Position numbers and translations under genes: made by a program. The notes beneath the pieces are model-generated. The model did not search any database and was not told where the DNA came from. It saw nothing but the letters and a program-made list of their open reading frames with translations. This document shows positions 1 through 8,821 of a stretch of DNA of 64,000 nucleotides, piece after piece; positions within the stretch are counted from its first letter, which is position 1, and every line of letters starts with the position of its first letter. Source of the DNA: Oceanispirochaeta sp. (GTDB taxonomy: Bacteria > Spirochaetota > Spirochaetia > DSM-2461); the NCBI GenBank assembly GCA_963663385.2, contig CAXXXD010000001.1, positions 32,001-96,000 on the forward strand, given 5' to 3'.

Positions 1-1499
1 ATACAGTACAACAACCACTGTGTCCGGACCTTTTCCGTACCCCGTAAAGTAAAGCGATTCAGCTTTTTCATTCCGGCAATATGTCCGAATACAGGTTCTA
101 CCGTACTCATCCGTTTTGCATAAACTGATCGTCCATAGGGCGTATCAATTTTCTCCTTCATACCGGCCATGGGATTGCTCCCTTTTCCATCCGGCACTTC
201 CTTCAGTATGGCAACCTGACGGGCCTTTGTCGTTTCCTTTCTTATACATTTTGAACGAAGTTTACAGTCACGACAATTGCGTATATGCCCTTGATAGGAC
301 TTTCCGGTATACCGACCGTCATTGCTTCTGAAGTTGGGGGATTTCAGCCACATGGCATGACCGGCAGGGCAGATCAGTTGGTTGGTTGCCGTATCCATAT
401 AAAAGTCTTCCGGACTAAAATAGTGTTTTCCTTTTTCCGGTTTCCAGTTGGCGACTTTCTTTTTGTATCTGCCGGCATCCTGGAAGGCAACATGCCTTTT
501 CCTGAACTGATTGTCCGGGATATAGGCATCGATCTTCTTCTCGCAGATCATCTGCATGTTCTTTTTATTATGGAATCCTGTATCCGCTGTTATGGTGACA
601 TTGTTATAGATGTGGTCATCTATGTGAGATTCTTTGCAGCTCTTATCAATCCCCTCAAGTATCTCTGTTAGGTGTCCTGATTCGTTTACATCACCGTATG
701 TATCGGCAAATATAATTAATTGATGCTTGTCGTCTACTGCAGCAATGCCATTATATCCCTGTATAACGCCATGTCCGGTGGACATTTTAGCGCTTTCGTT
801 ATCAACTATATTGCTTTTAATGGGCTGATCCTGACTCCCGAAACGGTCATAATGGGTATCAAGCCATTTGTAGATTTTTTCTGTTTTTGCCTTTAGCTTT
901 TTGATGGCTTTCTTTTCTTTTTTACGCTGCTCTTTATCTTCCCAACTGGCATCCGTATTCTTGTGTTTTTCAATCAGATAGTTTACGGATTTCTCTATTT
1001 TCTTTGTTTTGGCAAATAGTTCCGCTTTGGTTCCGCTCCATTCCTTTGAACAGTTTGAGGAGATCTTGCAGCCGTCAATGGCAAACATGTTTTTGCCGAT
1101 CAGTCCCTGTGTGTAGCAAACAGAGAGTATCATGGTAAATAGGGTTTGGCACTCTTTATGACGGGAAGAGATAAAATCGGCAATGGTTGTAAAGTGGGGT
1201 CTGGAATCGGCGGCTAGCGCCATACAGACGATATTCTCCCGGCATAACTGTTCAATTTTTCTGCTGCTGTTTATGCCTTTTGAATAGGCGTAAAGGACTA
1301 TTTTTAAGAGGATGGCAGGGTCGTAGGCGGGAGCTCCGGTTTCATCATTTTCGTAGTGGTTTTCAAAAACTGACATATCAATTTGATTGTCTATCAGATG
1401 GCATAATGTATATTCGAATGTTCCTGGTAAAATCTGTTTTTTAAAGCTTACGGGGATCATCATTGTCTGGGTATAAGAATACTCTTTATATCTGGCCAT
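1..1499 (-). CDS. IS1182-family DDE transposase (3' end truncated by window edge; absent from ORF track)
   Basis: Hand translation from ATG 1499 with GGGAGG RBS: MARYKEYSYTQ...GAPAYDPAILLKIVLYAY...SSRKIE...FAIDGCKI...QGYN...ADTGF...CPAG...VEPVFGHI...RFTLRG; frame appears open to position 1. Confidence 0.9.
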   Translation of the reverse strand, partial: MARYKEYSYTQTMMIPVSFKKQILPGTFEYTLCHLIDNQIDMSVFENHYENDETGAPAYDPAILLKIVLYAYSKGINSSRKIEQLCRENIVCMALAADSRPHFTTIADFISSRHKECQTLFTMILSVCYTQGLIGKNMFAIDGCKISSNCSKEWSGTKAELFAKTKKIEKSVNYLIEKHKNTDASWEDKEQRKKEKKAIKKLKAKTEKIYKWLDTHYDRFGSQDQPIKSNIVDNESAKMSTGHGVIQGYNGIAAVDDKHQLIIFADTYGDVNESGHLTEILEGIDKSCKESHIDDHIYNNVTITADTGFHNKKNMQMICEKKIDAYIPDNQFRKRHVAFQDAGRYKKKVANWKPEKGKHYFSPEDFYMDTATNQLICPAGHAMWLKSPNFRSNDGRYTGKSYQGHIRNCRDCKLRSKCIRKETTKARQVAILKEVPDGKGSNPMAGMKEKIDTPYGRSVYAKRMSTVEPVFGHIAGMKKLNRFTLRGTEKVRTQWLLYC

Positions 1500-1578
1500 T
1501 ATTGAAAACCTCCCTTTTATAGAATTTTACCATGTTTTGGCTGAGAGCTGTAGAAAAGGTGACTTTTTCTACAGTCTC
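1..1578 (-). mobile_element. IS1182-family insertion sequence (left part; right end lies outside the window)
   Basis: Terminal sequence GAGACTGTAGAAAAAGTC (minus strand, 1578-1561) upstream of a transposase ORF; directly abuts the GTT of an attC site. Confidence 0.85.
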
Positions 1579-1692
1579 AACGCCCGCATCAGCTGCAATT
1601 TTGTCCCGCAGGGTTGGCGCAGATTTTGAAATGAGCGAAGCGACTTCAAAATCTGTGACAAAAAAATTGTCAGTTGCATGCGTTTGTTCTAC
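1579..1692 (-). other. Integron attC site (attC-1), R' box interrupted after GTT by the IS
   Basis: Minus strand: R'' GTAGAAC, 5-nt spacer, L'' CATGCAAC (extra G) ... L' GCTGATG, 5-nt spacer, GTT; central perfect 11-bp stem CAGATTTTGAA/TTCAAAATCTG; lies ~55 bp after the ATPase stop. Confidence 0.85.
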
Positions 1693-1746
1693 AGTGTCGA
1701 CCAGTTACCTTGTTATATTTGTAATAGCTTTAGGTCATTAATATCA

Positions 1747-3591
1747 CTATTCAATAAATCCACGTCTATCACCTTCTGTATTACCGCAAAAATATATGAA
1801 ATTAATTTTATTAATAATTTTCTGCTGAGGAGTTTTGTTATCAAAAACGATAATCTGCCTATCTTCGCTTGTATCTGATAGATAATCAAAAAATCGATCT
1901 TGAATATCTTCACTTATTTCATCATTAGTTTCTCGTAGAGCATTCTTCCCATGATAGGTTGTTAAAGGGGAATCTAAAACAATTAGAGGATTAAATGATA
2001 TTCCTTTTTCAACGACCCAATCTAGTATAGAGATTAACAACGCAGAGTATGATATTGCTCTGAATCCTTTTCCAAAACTCTTTCGAGTTTTTCCAGAAAT
2101 TGTGTAATCAAAAGTTCTATAACCAGTATCAAAGGTAATTGATTCCCAACCTGGATAACCAAATCCTTCTAAAATGGAAGATAATTTTGTACAAAAATCT
2201 TTTATATGAAGAAATTCTTCCGAATGTTCAGAGTCAGGCTTTGATTTCCCTTTTTCAATTTTCTCATTTAATTCAGCTTCTTTTTCAAATAAATAGTTTA
2301 TTCTTTCAGTAAGAATTGTAACCTTATTGGAAATAATTTGATTTTGTTCAAATCTTTCTAATTTTTCCTTAAATGGTATTATCTTTTCATTATTATGCTT
2401 TTTCTTTTTAACTGCCTCTATCTTACTTTCAGACAATACACTCAACTCTGAATTAATATCCAATACTTCTTTTTCTAAATTAACAATCGATTCACTAATA
2501 TCATTTTTTTTATTGGATATTTTTTTGTATTCTGCTTCAATAGATTCATTAAATACTTCTTCATCAAAATCAGAATCAAGTTCTGATGTAGTAATTTCAC
2601 TATCACAAATTGGACATGCTACAGTATTCAATTGAGAAATCAAGCTATTACCTTCTGACACAAATTGCATTCGTTCTAAATCTGAATTATAGTGCTCAAG
2701 TAATAACTTAAAACGATTGATTAGTTCTTTCTTGAATTCCTTTTTATTCTCATTTTCAAGAATGTCATCATTTATCTTCATTATTTCTTTATTGATATCG
2801 CTAGATACAGTCAAGATTCCATCTATGTCTAGTTTTGTTTTGTTGATAACTTGAGAATAATCGGTACCATCATCGAGAAGAGCTTTTTTAGCAGAAAGAG
2901 CCGTGATTTCCCTATTTGTTTCATCTCTCTCTGAAATGATGAACTCAATTTGACCTAATATATGAGTTTTCTTTTCCTTTTCAATTAAAGGGTTAATAAA
3001 ATTGCTATCATCCGTCCCGGATAATATATATCTAAATAGTGATTGATAAAAAGTTTGATCTGGATATTGACCAGTAGCATAAATAGGTGACTTTTCAGTG
3101 ATAATTCTATCCTCTGGGATAACAGTAAATTTCCTTAAGTCTCTAAAACTAATTTTCTTCTTCTCTGTTTTTTTCTTTTTAAATTCTTTGTTATACATAC
3201 CGCATGTTTTTAATAAGTAGACAGACAAATTATTTTCAGAAGAGGAAGAATGGTTTAACAGAAGCTTTTCTTCTTTTTTCGTATTATCATAGTTTTCAAA
3301 AGTACATTCTTTAATATAAACATCTGTATTTTTGATGTTTCTATATATGGTTAGTGGTTTTTCTTTATATGTGCTTATTTGTAGATAAAAATCTTCATAT
3401 CCAATCGCTTCAGGAATTTCTTTTGGATTTTCACTTCTTCCCAATAAGAAATCTATACACGAAAAAGCGTATGATTTCCCTGTATCTGAAACACCAGAAA
3501 TTAAATTAAATCCTTTTTTAAATTCTAATTGAGATTTTTTGTTTTGAGTTCCAATAACAACTAGTTTTTTTATATAGAATCCATCAAGCAT
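1747..3591 (-). CDS. lmuB: SMC/Rad50-like ABC ATPase of ABC-three-component (Lamassu) system
   Basis: Walker A GVSDTGKS, long coiled coil with CPIC zinc hook, signature-like SFGKG, Walker B LIVLDSP; 8-nt overlap with upstream gene. Confidence 0.85.
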   Translation of the reverse strand: MLDGFYIKKLVVIGTQNKKSQLEFKKGFNLISGVSDTGKSYAFSCIDFLLGRSENPKEIPEAIGYEDFYLQISTYKEKPLTIYRNIKNTDVYIKECTFENYDNTKKEEKLLLNHSSSSENNLSVYLLKTCGMYNKEFKKKKTEKKKISFRDLRKFTVIPEDRIITEKSPIYATGQYPDQTFYQSLFRYILSGTDDSNFINPLIEKEKKTHILGQIEFIISERDETNREITALSAKKALLDDGTDYSQVINKTKLDIDGILTVSSDINKEIMKINDDILENENKKEFKKELINRFKLLLEHYNSDLERMQFVSEGNSLISQLNTVACPICDSEITTSELDSDFDEEVFNESIEAEYKKISNKKNDISESIVNLEKEVLDINSELSVLSESKIEAVKKKKHNNEKIIPFKEKLERFEQNQIISNKVTILTERINYLFEKEAELNEKIEKGKSKPDSEHSEEFLHIKDFCTKLSSILEGFGYPGWESITFDTGYRTFDYTISGKTRKSFGKGFRAISYSALLISILDWVVEKGISFNPLIVLDSPLTTYHGKNALRETNDEISEDIQDRFFDYLSDTSEDRQIIVFDNKTPQQKIINKINFIYFCGNTEGDRRGFIE

Positions 3592-4099
3592 TTATTGTCA
3601 CTCCTCGGAATAGTGGCTCATTTACAAATTCATTTCCCCAGTTTTCAATATTTTTATTTATGTATTTATCTAAGTCTATCTCTGTATATAATTCGAATTT
3701 TGCTGTTATCCATCTTATTCTATCTTTCAACTTTTCTGTATATTCACTTCTAAAATGCTCAAGAAATGGACTGAGTAATTCTGTTTGAGTATAAAAGATT
3801 CCTTTTTTATTCATTTCAACCTGTAAGAGTTCTTTTGAAATCATTTTATTCAATCCAGCCCGAACTGCTTTTCTTTTTATTAACAATTGTGTAGAACGGT
3901 AGGGGGCTTCGGGATGCAGGTTTTTCGGGCCACCAATATCTTCTGTGAAAAGAATAAGATAATCAAAAGAAATTATTTGGTTTAAGGAAAGTGGCTTGTT
4001 AAACCCGTTTATTATAAATAAAGATCTTAACCCTAATTCCAGTGAATGATTAAATAATTGGTTATTTTTATAGTAAGAAAGCATTATTCTTTTACCCAC
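3584..4099 (-). CDS. lmuC: ABC-three-component middle component (LmuC-like); alternative start 4084 via TAATG overlap
   Basis: ~170 aa, FNxxLELGLRSL...FDYL motif typical of ABC-3C middle components; position between effector and ATPase. Confidence 0.75.
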   Translation of the reverse strand: MGKRIMLSYYKNNQLFNHSLELGLRSLFIINGFNKPLSLNQIISFDYLILFTEDIGGPKNLHPEAPYRSTQLLIKRKAVRAGLNKMISKELLQVEMNKKGIFYTQTELLSPFLEHFRSEYTEKLKDRIRWITAKFELYTEIDLDKYINKNIENWGNEFVNEPLFRGVTINA

Positions 4100-5166
4100 C
4101 TTATTTTTTTATCATTGACCAAATGATGACATATACCTTCTTTATCTTGCACTTTTATTTCATAAAAAAGTGGATTGTTATTGAATGAACCTCTTTTTGC
4201 TTCTTTTATTGCTTCTTTCAGTCTAATAAAACCATTCTCAAAATCTGATTCAACAATATCAATGATCAAGCTAAAGATTTCATCTTTTAATTCTTCAAAA
4301 GAATTACTATTATACGGTAGCTCATCTCTACTGAATTGATACAATGAATCCGCAATGTAAAAACTATCCCGTTGTCTTTGAAAATGATTAAGCAATTCTT
4401 GTTTATCAGAAATATCTTCTATACTGGAAATAAATCTATTAAGATAATCTGAATAAGCAGCAAATATTTCTCTAATATAAACCAACTCATTCTTTTCTAT
4501 ATCTTTATTTGCCTTTGGCAGTTCTTCTCTTGTTTTATTTAAGCCTCCACCAAACCATCTAGAAAAGAAAGGTGTCTGTCTAAATTGATCAATGAAAGTA
4601 TTTGGCTCAAGCCAGTCTATAATGGAAAAATTGAATGTATCGAAATATTTTAATATCTCACCTTCTAACTTTATATTTTCTTTCGTTGTAATTCCTTTTT
4701 CACATTTATCAGCCCAATTGTTTTTTAATTCCTGTTTCAATTTTTCAGGGTTTTCTATAAGTCCTAATAATTTTGGACCTATTCCCTTAGGTGAAACAAA
4801 ATAGTATTTTCTTGGAACTGAATAATCTTTATTAAAAGTATAGTAAATTAATTTACCGAGCTCGATATAAATTTCTGCGGGTGAAAGCATAGATGAATAG
4901 TGCTTACATTGATAAAGATCCCAAACTTGCTTCTCTTCATTGACTATTGCACATACATCCCGGCCTTTATCACCAGCTCCCCCAACACCATAGACTTTTA
5001 TATACTGTTTTGTCACATGATAATGTGCCCATTGTAGGACTAATTCCTCATATTGATCTTCGTCAAGAGCTTCAAGTATCTGATTTGGTTTCAATACAGG
5101 ACCTAATAGTATTTCACTGTTTGATAACCGAGAAATATTTTTTGGTTTTTCTAGTTCTGTAAACAT
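4084..5166 (-). CDS. lmuA: Lamassu/ABC-3C effector: N-terminal Mrr-like PD-(D/E)xK nuclease plus ABC-3C C-terminal domain
   Basis: YEEL...GGAGDKGRDV...YQCKHY nuclease motifs; C-terminal GICHHLVNDKKIRW; GAGGT RBS. Confidence 0.8.
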   Translation of the reverse strand: MFTELEKPKNISRLSNSEILLGPVLKPNQILEALDEDQYEELVLQWAHYHVTKQYIKVYGVGGAGDKGRDVCAIVNEEKQVWDLYQCKHYSSMLSPAEIYIELGKLIYYTFNKDYSVPRKYYFVSPKGIGPKLLGLIENPEKLKQELKNNWADKCEKGITTKENIKLEGEILKYFDTFNFSIIDWLEPNTFIDQFRQTPFFSRWFGGGLNKTREELPKANKDIEKNELVYIREIFAAYSDYLNRFISSIEDISDKQELLNHFQRQRDSFYIADSLYQFSRDELPYNSNSFEELKDEIFSLIIDIVESDFENGFIRLKEAIKEAKRGSFNNNPLFYEIKVQDKEGICHHLVNDKKIRWVKE

Positions 5167-5315
5167 TTAATGTTTCTACCTCATTTACATGACTATTTAT
5201 AATCGATTATTAAGCAACTCTCCCACTGGGATATTCTCTAAATTCATTCTTTCAAAGGACAACTTAAATTATGTAAAAATATATCACTTTTTCACAACAT
5301 AATTAATTTGCATCT

Positions 5316-5490
5316 GTAGAACGCCAAAATATGCTGCGGAGCGGCCTGGCCGAAGGACAGGTACAGGCGCTTTTCTTGCAGACTTATTTTAAACAGTAAT
5401 TTGTTTTTAAGAAAGAACTATTTATCAGCATTCTGTATCTCTGCAAGAAATGTGATCTGTAGCGACGACAGTATCATTTTCTTGTTATGT
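5316..5490 (-). other. Integron attC site (attC-2), 175 bp
   Basis: Minus strand: R'' ACATAAC, spacer AAGAA, L'' AATGATAC (extra G) ... L' GCATATT, spacer TTGGC, R' GTTCTAC; internal perfect 11-bp stem TTTCTTGCAGA/TCTGCAAGAAA. Confidence 0.82.
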
Positions 5491-5818
5491 CTACAGCATT
5501 TTGTAAATCACCGATGCCATATCAGGCAAGAATATCTTAATAAACGTAGGTGAAGGCGAATTCCCTTATTTTCACTTCTGCCAGCCGCAACCGGCGTCAA
5601 AGATTGATAATCAGTGTAGTGTGAGCATCAATCAACCCGTATCAAAACCCTAAAACCTACTAAATCATCTGGCAATTATGAAAGAACCAGAAGTACAAAA
5701 TGTGTTCGATATAACTTATTATCTCTTGAACAAGGTAATCCCAAAATCCATAGAATTACCCTGCACCCCCGCAGCATAACTGTCAATTCTAACAATTCCA
5801 CTGACACTCCCAGAGCAC

Positions 5819-6919
5819 TCATTCAACTAGTTCAAAATCCGGATTGAAACCCAAAGTCATAACCACCGACCCATTATATGAACAGGGAATCCCGGCTGAT
5901 GTATCACTCAAATCCAAAGTAATATCAGCATCATCATAGGAAATACCGGAAATAGTAATACCGGCACATTGAAGAATAATCGGATATGTTACTCCATCAT
6001 TGTAGTTATACCACGATTCACATACACTTGAGCCGGGATCTTCACAGATCCAACCCAACCTATTACTTCCAACAAAATCAACGGTATACACTTCACCTTC
6101 ATGGGTGGCACTCCAGGCCGTACCTGCTAGCTTATCAGGAAATCCCTCAACGTATTCCATTGTGTAACTATTCTCCAGATACTCCACAGTAACAGTACTG
6201 CCCGAACAGGAATAACTAAAACTTTTAACATCTCCCGAACGTTCCATAACATTGAGAGTATTCCCATCAATTCCAATAATTACACCATAGATATTTGCCG
6301 TATATAAAGCATCATGAAAATCTATTCTGGTCCGGCTATAGTGATTGCATCCAAAAAACCCAACCCCGTCTGTTATCCATAATGAGTTTTTCAATTCCAC
6401 CGGTGCCGACTGCACCCTGTGAAAAGTAAAGGAGACATCTGAGGGATCTTTCAATATCATGGTATTTTCATCCGGAAAAGATGCCGTAAAATCCATATCT
6501 GCAGTCGTATCCATTGTAACCGTCAGATCACCGTCAGCCGGCATAGGGATGGTAGCATCTACTTCATAAGCATCATCTTCGTAGTCGTACTTAATCTCTG
6601 AATCAGTAAATTCGATCTCCCAGTACACCCCTGAACCGTAATGGCACCAGTAGCTATCTGCATAATCAGAAAAACTTACCGAAGGCGTAACCACAACCGG
6701 ACTATCATCCTGCGTATTCGAATCATCACTGCTCTGATCCGAACTGGCATCAGTAGAATCACTCGTATTATTTTCATCCTGCGCCTGATCGGCAGAATCA
6801 TCCAGAACCTGCTCCGTACTATCCTCTTTATCTTTACTGCTCTTTGAAGCAAAAGGATTCTCACAGGAAACTAATAAAATCAGAAATAAACCCAGTAAAA
6901 TGGCAGTTGTACGCCTCAT
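5819..6919 (-). CDS. Hypothetical lipoprotein with Ser/Asp-rich linker
   Basis: Signal peptide with lipobox LVSC, low-complexity S/D/Q tract, beta-rich C-terminal part; AAAGGAG RBS. Confidence 0.75.
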   Translation of the reverse strand: MRRTTAILLGLFLILLVSCENPFASKSSKDKEDSTEQVLDDSADQAQDENNTSDSTDASSDQSSDDSNTQDDSPVVVTPSVSFSDYADSYWCHYGSGVYWEIEFTDSEIKYDYEDDAYEVDATIPMPADGDLTVTMDTTADMDFTASFPDENTMILKDPSDVSFTFHRVQSAPVELKNSLWITDGVGFFGCNHYSRTRIDFHDALYTANIYGVIIGIDGNTLNVMERSGDVKSFSYSCSGSTVTVEYLENSYTMEYVEGFPDKLAGTAWSATHEGEVYTVDFVGSNRLGWICEDPGSSVCESWYNYNDGVTYPIILQCAGITISGISYDDADITLDLSDTSAGIPCSYNGSVVMTLGFNPDFELVE

Positions 6920-7119
6920 GATGTAAAGCTCCTTTCAGTTGTGCTGTCCCACTGCCTCAATCGGGCAGAGTATTCTGCGCAACAAAAGTATACACCCAAT
7001 CAATGATTCATAAAGTCATAAAATTCCTTTTTTTGGTCATATGCTCCTATTTTGATACTAACTTTAGTTAGTATATGGAGGAATTCTGCTATCACCTGTT
7101 AAGCATTATTCAGAAATCC

Positions 7120-7509
7120 TTAACGAATAAACACCGCAGGAGAAACACCGTATTTTTCGGACAGCTTCCGGATATGCCCCAGATTCAGCTCCCTTTTCCC
7201 GTTTAAAATCTCGCTGATTACGGACTGGGTGGCCACATCGGCAAGATCAGCCTGCCTGTGATTATGGTTTTCCATCAGGTGCTTCAGCATATCAACAGGA
7301 GAAACCGGTTCTACCGGATAGTGTTCATCCTCATATTTTCCTATCATGCCGGTAATATAGTCAATAATCGGTTCCAGGTCCGACTCCCCCGCTTCCATTC
7401 GGTCTGTCAGGGCTTCCAGCTCTTCAATAGCCCTGTCATTTTCTTCATCTGTGGAGATTCTGAATTTCAAAAGGAAATCGCTTACAACTTTTTCAACACC
7501 CATACTCAT
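7120..7509 (-). CDS. higA: HigA-type antitoxin (HTH-XRE); start moved to ATG 7509
   Basis: PVDMLKHLME...QADLA...QSVISEILNGKRELNLGHIRKLSEKYGVSPAVF; AGAGG RBS next to higB stop. Confidence 0.88.
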   Translation of the reverse strand: MSMGVEKVVSDFLLKFRISTDEENDRAIEELEALTDRMEAGESDLEPIIDYITGMIGKYEDEHYPVEPVSPVDMLKHLMENHNHRQADLADVATQSVISEILNGKRELNLGHIRKLSEKYGVSPAVFIR

Positions 7510-7519
7510 AAACAACCTC

Positions 7520-7804
7520 TTAACAGTATTTTTTCGAATACTCTGCATGGGTCAGGAAATCTCTGATAAATACAGTCTTCCCCCATGTATACCTGACAAT
7601 CAGCCGATAGGCATTACCTTTTAAGTTGATACAGACAAGATCTGAACCCTTTATACTGTCGGCAGAGGGATAAACCTTCCGCAATTCTACAATGGAGGAG
7701 AAGGATGACCAGTAATGAACGGCTAACCATCCCCTCAATCCTTTTTCCGCTTCCGGGTATCGCCTGATGTAACTTTCTACAGTTTTCCTCTTTATGATTG
7801 TCAC
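7520..7804 (-). CDS. higB: HigB-type toxin (RelE superfamily mRNA interferase)
   Basis: W...ELRKVYPSAD...INLKGNAYRLIV...FIRDFLTHAEY; toxin-before-antitoxin order. Confidence 0.88.
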   Translation of the reverse strand: MTIIKRKTVESYIRRYPEAEKGLRGWLAVHYWSSFSSIVELRKVYPSADSIKGSDLVCINLKGNAYRLIVRYTWGKTVFIRDFLTHAEYSKKYC

Positions 7805-7809
7805 ATTTA

Positions 7810-7838
7810 ATTATCGCATATTGCGATACTCCTTTCAA
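7810..7838 (-). promoter_or_regulatory. higBA promoter with overlapping palindromic operator
   Basis: TTGAAA-N17-GATAAT, 5 nt before GTG start; TATCGCA-N3-TGCGATA palindrome at 7812-7828 overlapping spacer and -10. Confidence 0.7.
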
Positions 7839-8046
7839 GTGCTGTTTTCTGCAATGGATGAGACTCCTGGATCAATTATAGGAACTCCAACGTCCAAAAC
7901 AACATTGCTGCTTCAAGTTATCCTATAAATTCTCTATTCCGCTCAGTTATCATTGGAGAGACAGTTAGCCCTCCGGGAATTGACACACTCCCCCCGGACA
8001 GCTAACGTTACGATAGAAACACTCCCCCGGTAATAGGAGATAAAGA

Positions 8047-8760
8047 ATGACACCCAGTAAAAAAGCAGATGAAATGACCGTGAAGGAACTGGCTTCGTAT
8101 ATTGACCAGTCCGTGCTGAAACCGGAATTCACGGAAGAGGATATAAAAAAATACATACGGGAGGGCATCGACTACGGCTGCGCCACCGTGTGTATCAACC
8201 CCAGCGCCCTGGACCTGGCAGCCAAAATGACCGCCGGAACCGCTACGGGCATCTGCGTGGTCTGCGACTTTCCCTTCGGCCAGTCCACCACGGCTTCCCG
8301 TCTGGAGCAGGCGGAAGCCTATTGTAAACGGGGGGATGTGGCCGAACTGGATATCGTAGCCAACTACGGACACATAAGAAGCGGCCGGTGGGACCTGGTG
8401 GAGAACGATCTGAAAGCTGTCACCCAGGTATGCCACCGGTACGGAACAGCCGTAAAAGTCATACTGGAAACAGACGCCCTTACCATGGATCAGATTGCCA
8501 GGGGAACCGAAGCGGTCGCTGCCTCGGGGGCGGACTTCGTCAAATCCTCCACAGGCTTCTACACCGGCGGGGAAAGCGTCGGCGCCACAGTGGAGGTTGT
8601 AAAAGCCATGATGGCAGCCGCCGGCGGCCGGGTAAAGGTAAAAGGCTCCGGTGGCATCCGCACACGGGAACACTTTCTGAAGCTGATCGACATGGGCATA
8701 GACCGCATGGGTGTCGGCTACAGGTCGACACCGGTTGTGCTGGATATGCCGTCCGTATAA
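8047..8760 (+). CDS. deoC: Deoxyribose-phosphate aldolase
   Basis: IDQSVLKP, CVVCDFPFG, KVILET, ADFVKSSTGF, VKGSGGIRT motifs. Confidence 0.93.
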   Translation: MTPSKKADEMTVKELASYIDQSVLKPEFTEEDIKKYIREGIDYGCATVCINPSALDLAAKMTAGTATGICVVCDFPFGQSTTASRLEQAEAYCKRGDVAELDIVANYGHIRSGRWDLVENDLKAVTQVCHRYGTAVKVILETDALTMDQIARGTEAVAASGADFVKSSTGFYTGGESVGATVEVVKAMMAAAGGRVKVKGSGGIRTREHFLKLIDMGIDRMGVGYRSTPVVLDMPSV

Positions 8761-8770
8761 GCCCCCCCAT

Positions 8771-8801
8771 AGGCCCGCACCCGACGCGGGCCTGTCTCTT
8801 T
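8771..8801 (+). terminator. Probable intrinsic terminator after deoC
   Basis: AGGCCCGC-loop-GCGGGCCT followed by pyrimidine/T-rich tail. Confidence 0.55.
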
Positions 8802-8821
8802 ATTAAGGCGAGATTGTTCCT

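Noticed and set aside
116..671. Plus-strand ORFs of 71 and 128 aa
   Set aside because: Antisense to the IS1182 transposase
1532..1913. Short ORFs across the IS end, attC-1 and lmuB tail
   Set aside because: They overlap non-coding recombination sites or the real gene; no RBS or motifs
6676..6860. Repetitive-looking DNA and Arg/Ile-rich ORFs
   Set aside because: Explained by the Ser/Asp low-complexity linker of the lipoprotein; not a CRISPR or tandem array
7985..8030. Direct repeat ACACTCCCCC(C)GG upstream of deoC
   Set aside because: Could be an operator, but short, low-complexity and without supporting evidence
5491..8046. Integron integrase expected upstream of the array
   Set aside because: No ORF with tyrosine recombinase R-H-R-Y motifs here or elsewhere in the ORF track
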